From an uncultured Methanoregulaceae archaeon (lineage in GTDB: Archaea > Halobacteriota > Methanomicrobia > Methanomicrobiales > Methanospirillaceae), in assembly GCA_963701095.1 (NCBI GenBank), contig OY969564.1, forward strand, positions 2,048,001-2,112,000: a stretch of 64,000 nucleotides of DNA. The letters are read 5' to 3'. The stretch's first letter is position 1, and the number at the start of each line of letters is the position of its first letter. The notes under the pieces are model-generated. The model ran no database searches, was not told the origin of the DNA, and was given only the letters and a program-made list of their open reading frames with translations. Both the position numbers and the translations under genes were made by a program. Positions 63,990-64,000 of this stretch are shown piece after piece.

Positions 63990-64000
63990 ATGGCTCCGTA

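Overview
The window has two parts. Positions 1-21,141 are a methanogenic archaeal chromosome (Methanomicrobiales/Methanoregula-like by gene content). It carries a nitrogenase-like H/D/K triplet, desulfoferrodoxin-FprA-TspO, a 2-oxoacid:ferredoxin oxidoreductase, dapL-lysA-rpa-radA, a NOG1 GTPase and a presenilin homologue. From about 21,250 to at least about 60,200 there is an integrated head-tail (siphovirus-like, HK97-type) archaeal provirus. It has a tyrosine integrase, a divergent pair of RHH regulators, early genes, Dam, a non-coding RNA cluster with an atypical tRNA-Thr, a ParB plus ABC-ATPase/GNAT module, terminase, portal, protease/capsid and tail genes including a TTT-CGC +1 frameshift chaperone. 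AT-rich cargo islands interrupt the viral backbone: a wHTH/ParB-DUF488/partner operon, a large membrane protein with a PLD-helicase and an Eco57I-like MTase, a PD-(D/E)xK-like gene, and a cyclase-like gene with a Zn-ribbon membrane protein. After several of these islands the viral genes restart with a repeated TATA-containing promoter motif. The window ends with an SRAP plus PolB2-type cassette. About a dozen single-base frameshifts, some in housekeeping genes, point to assembly indel errors rather than decay. No attachment-site repeat, CRISPR array or reverse transcriptase was seen. All family calls come from motif recognition by eye, not from database searches.
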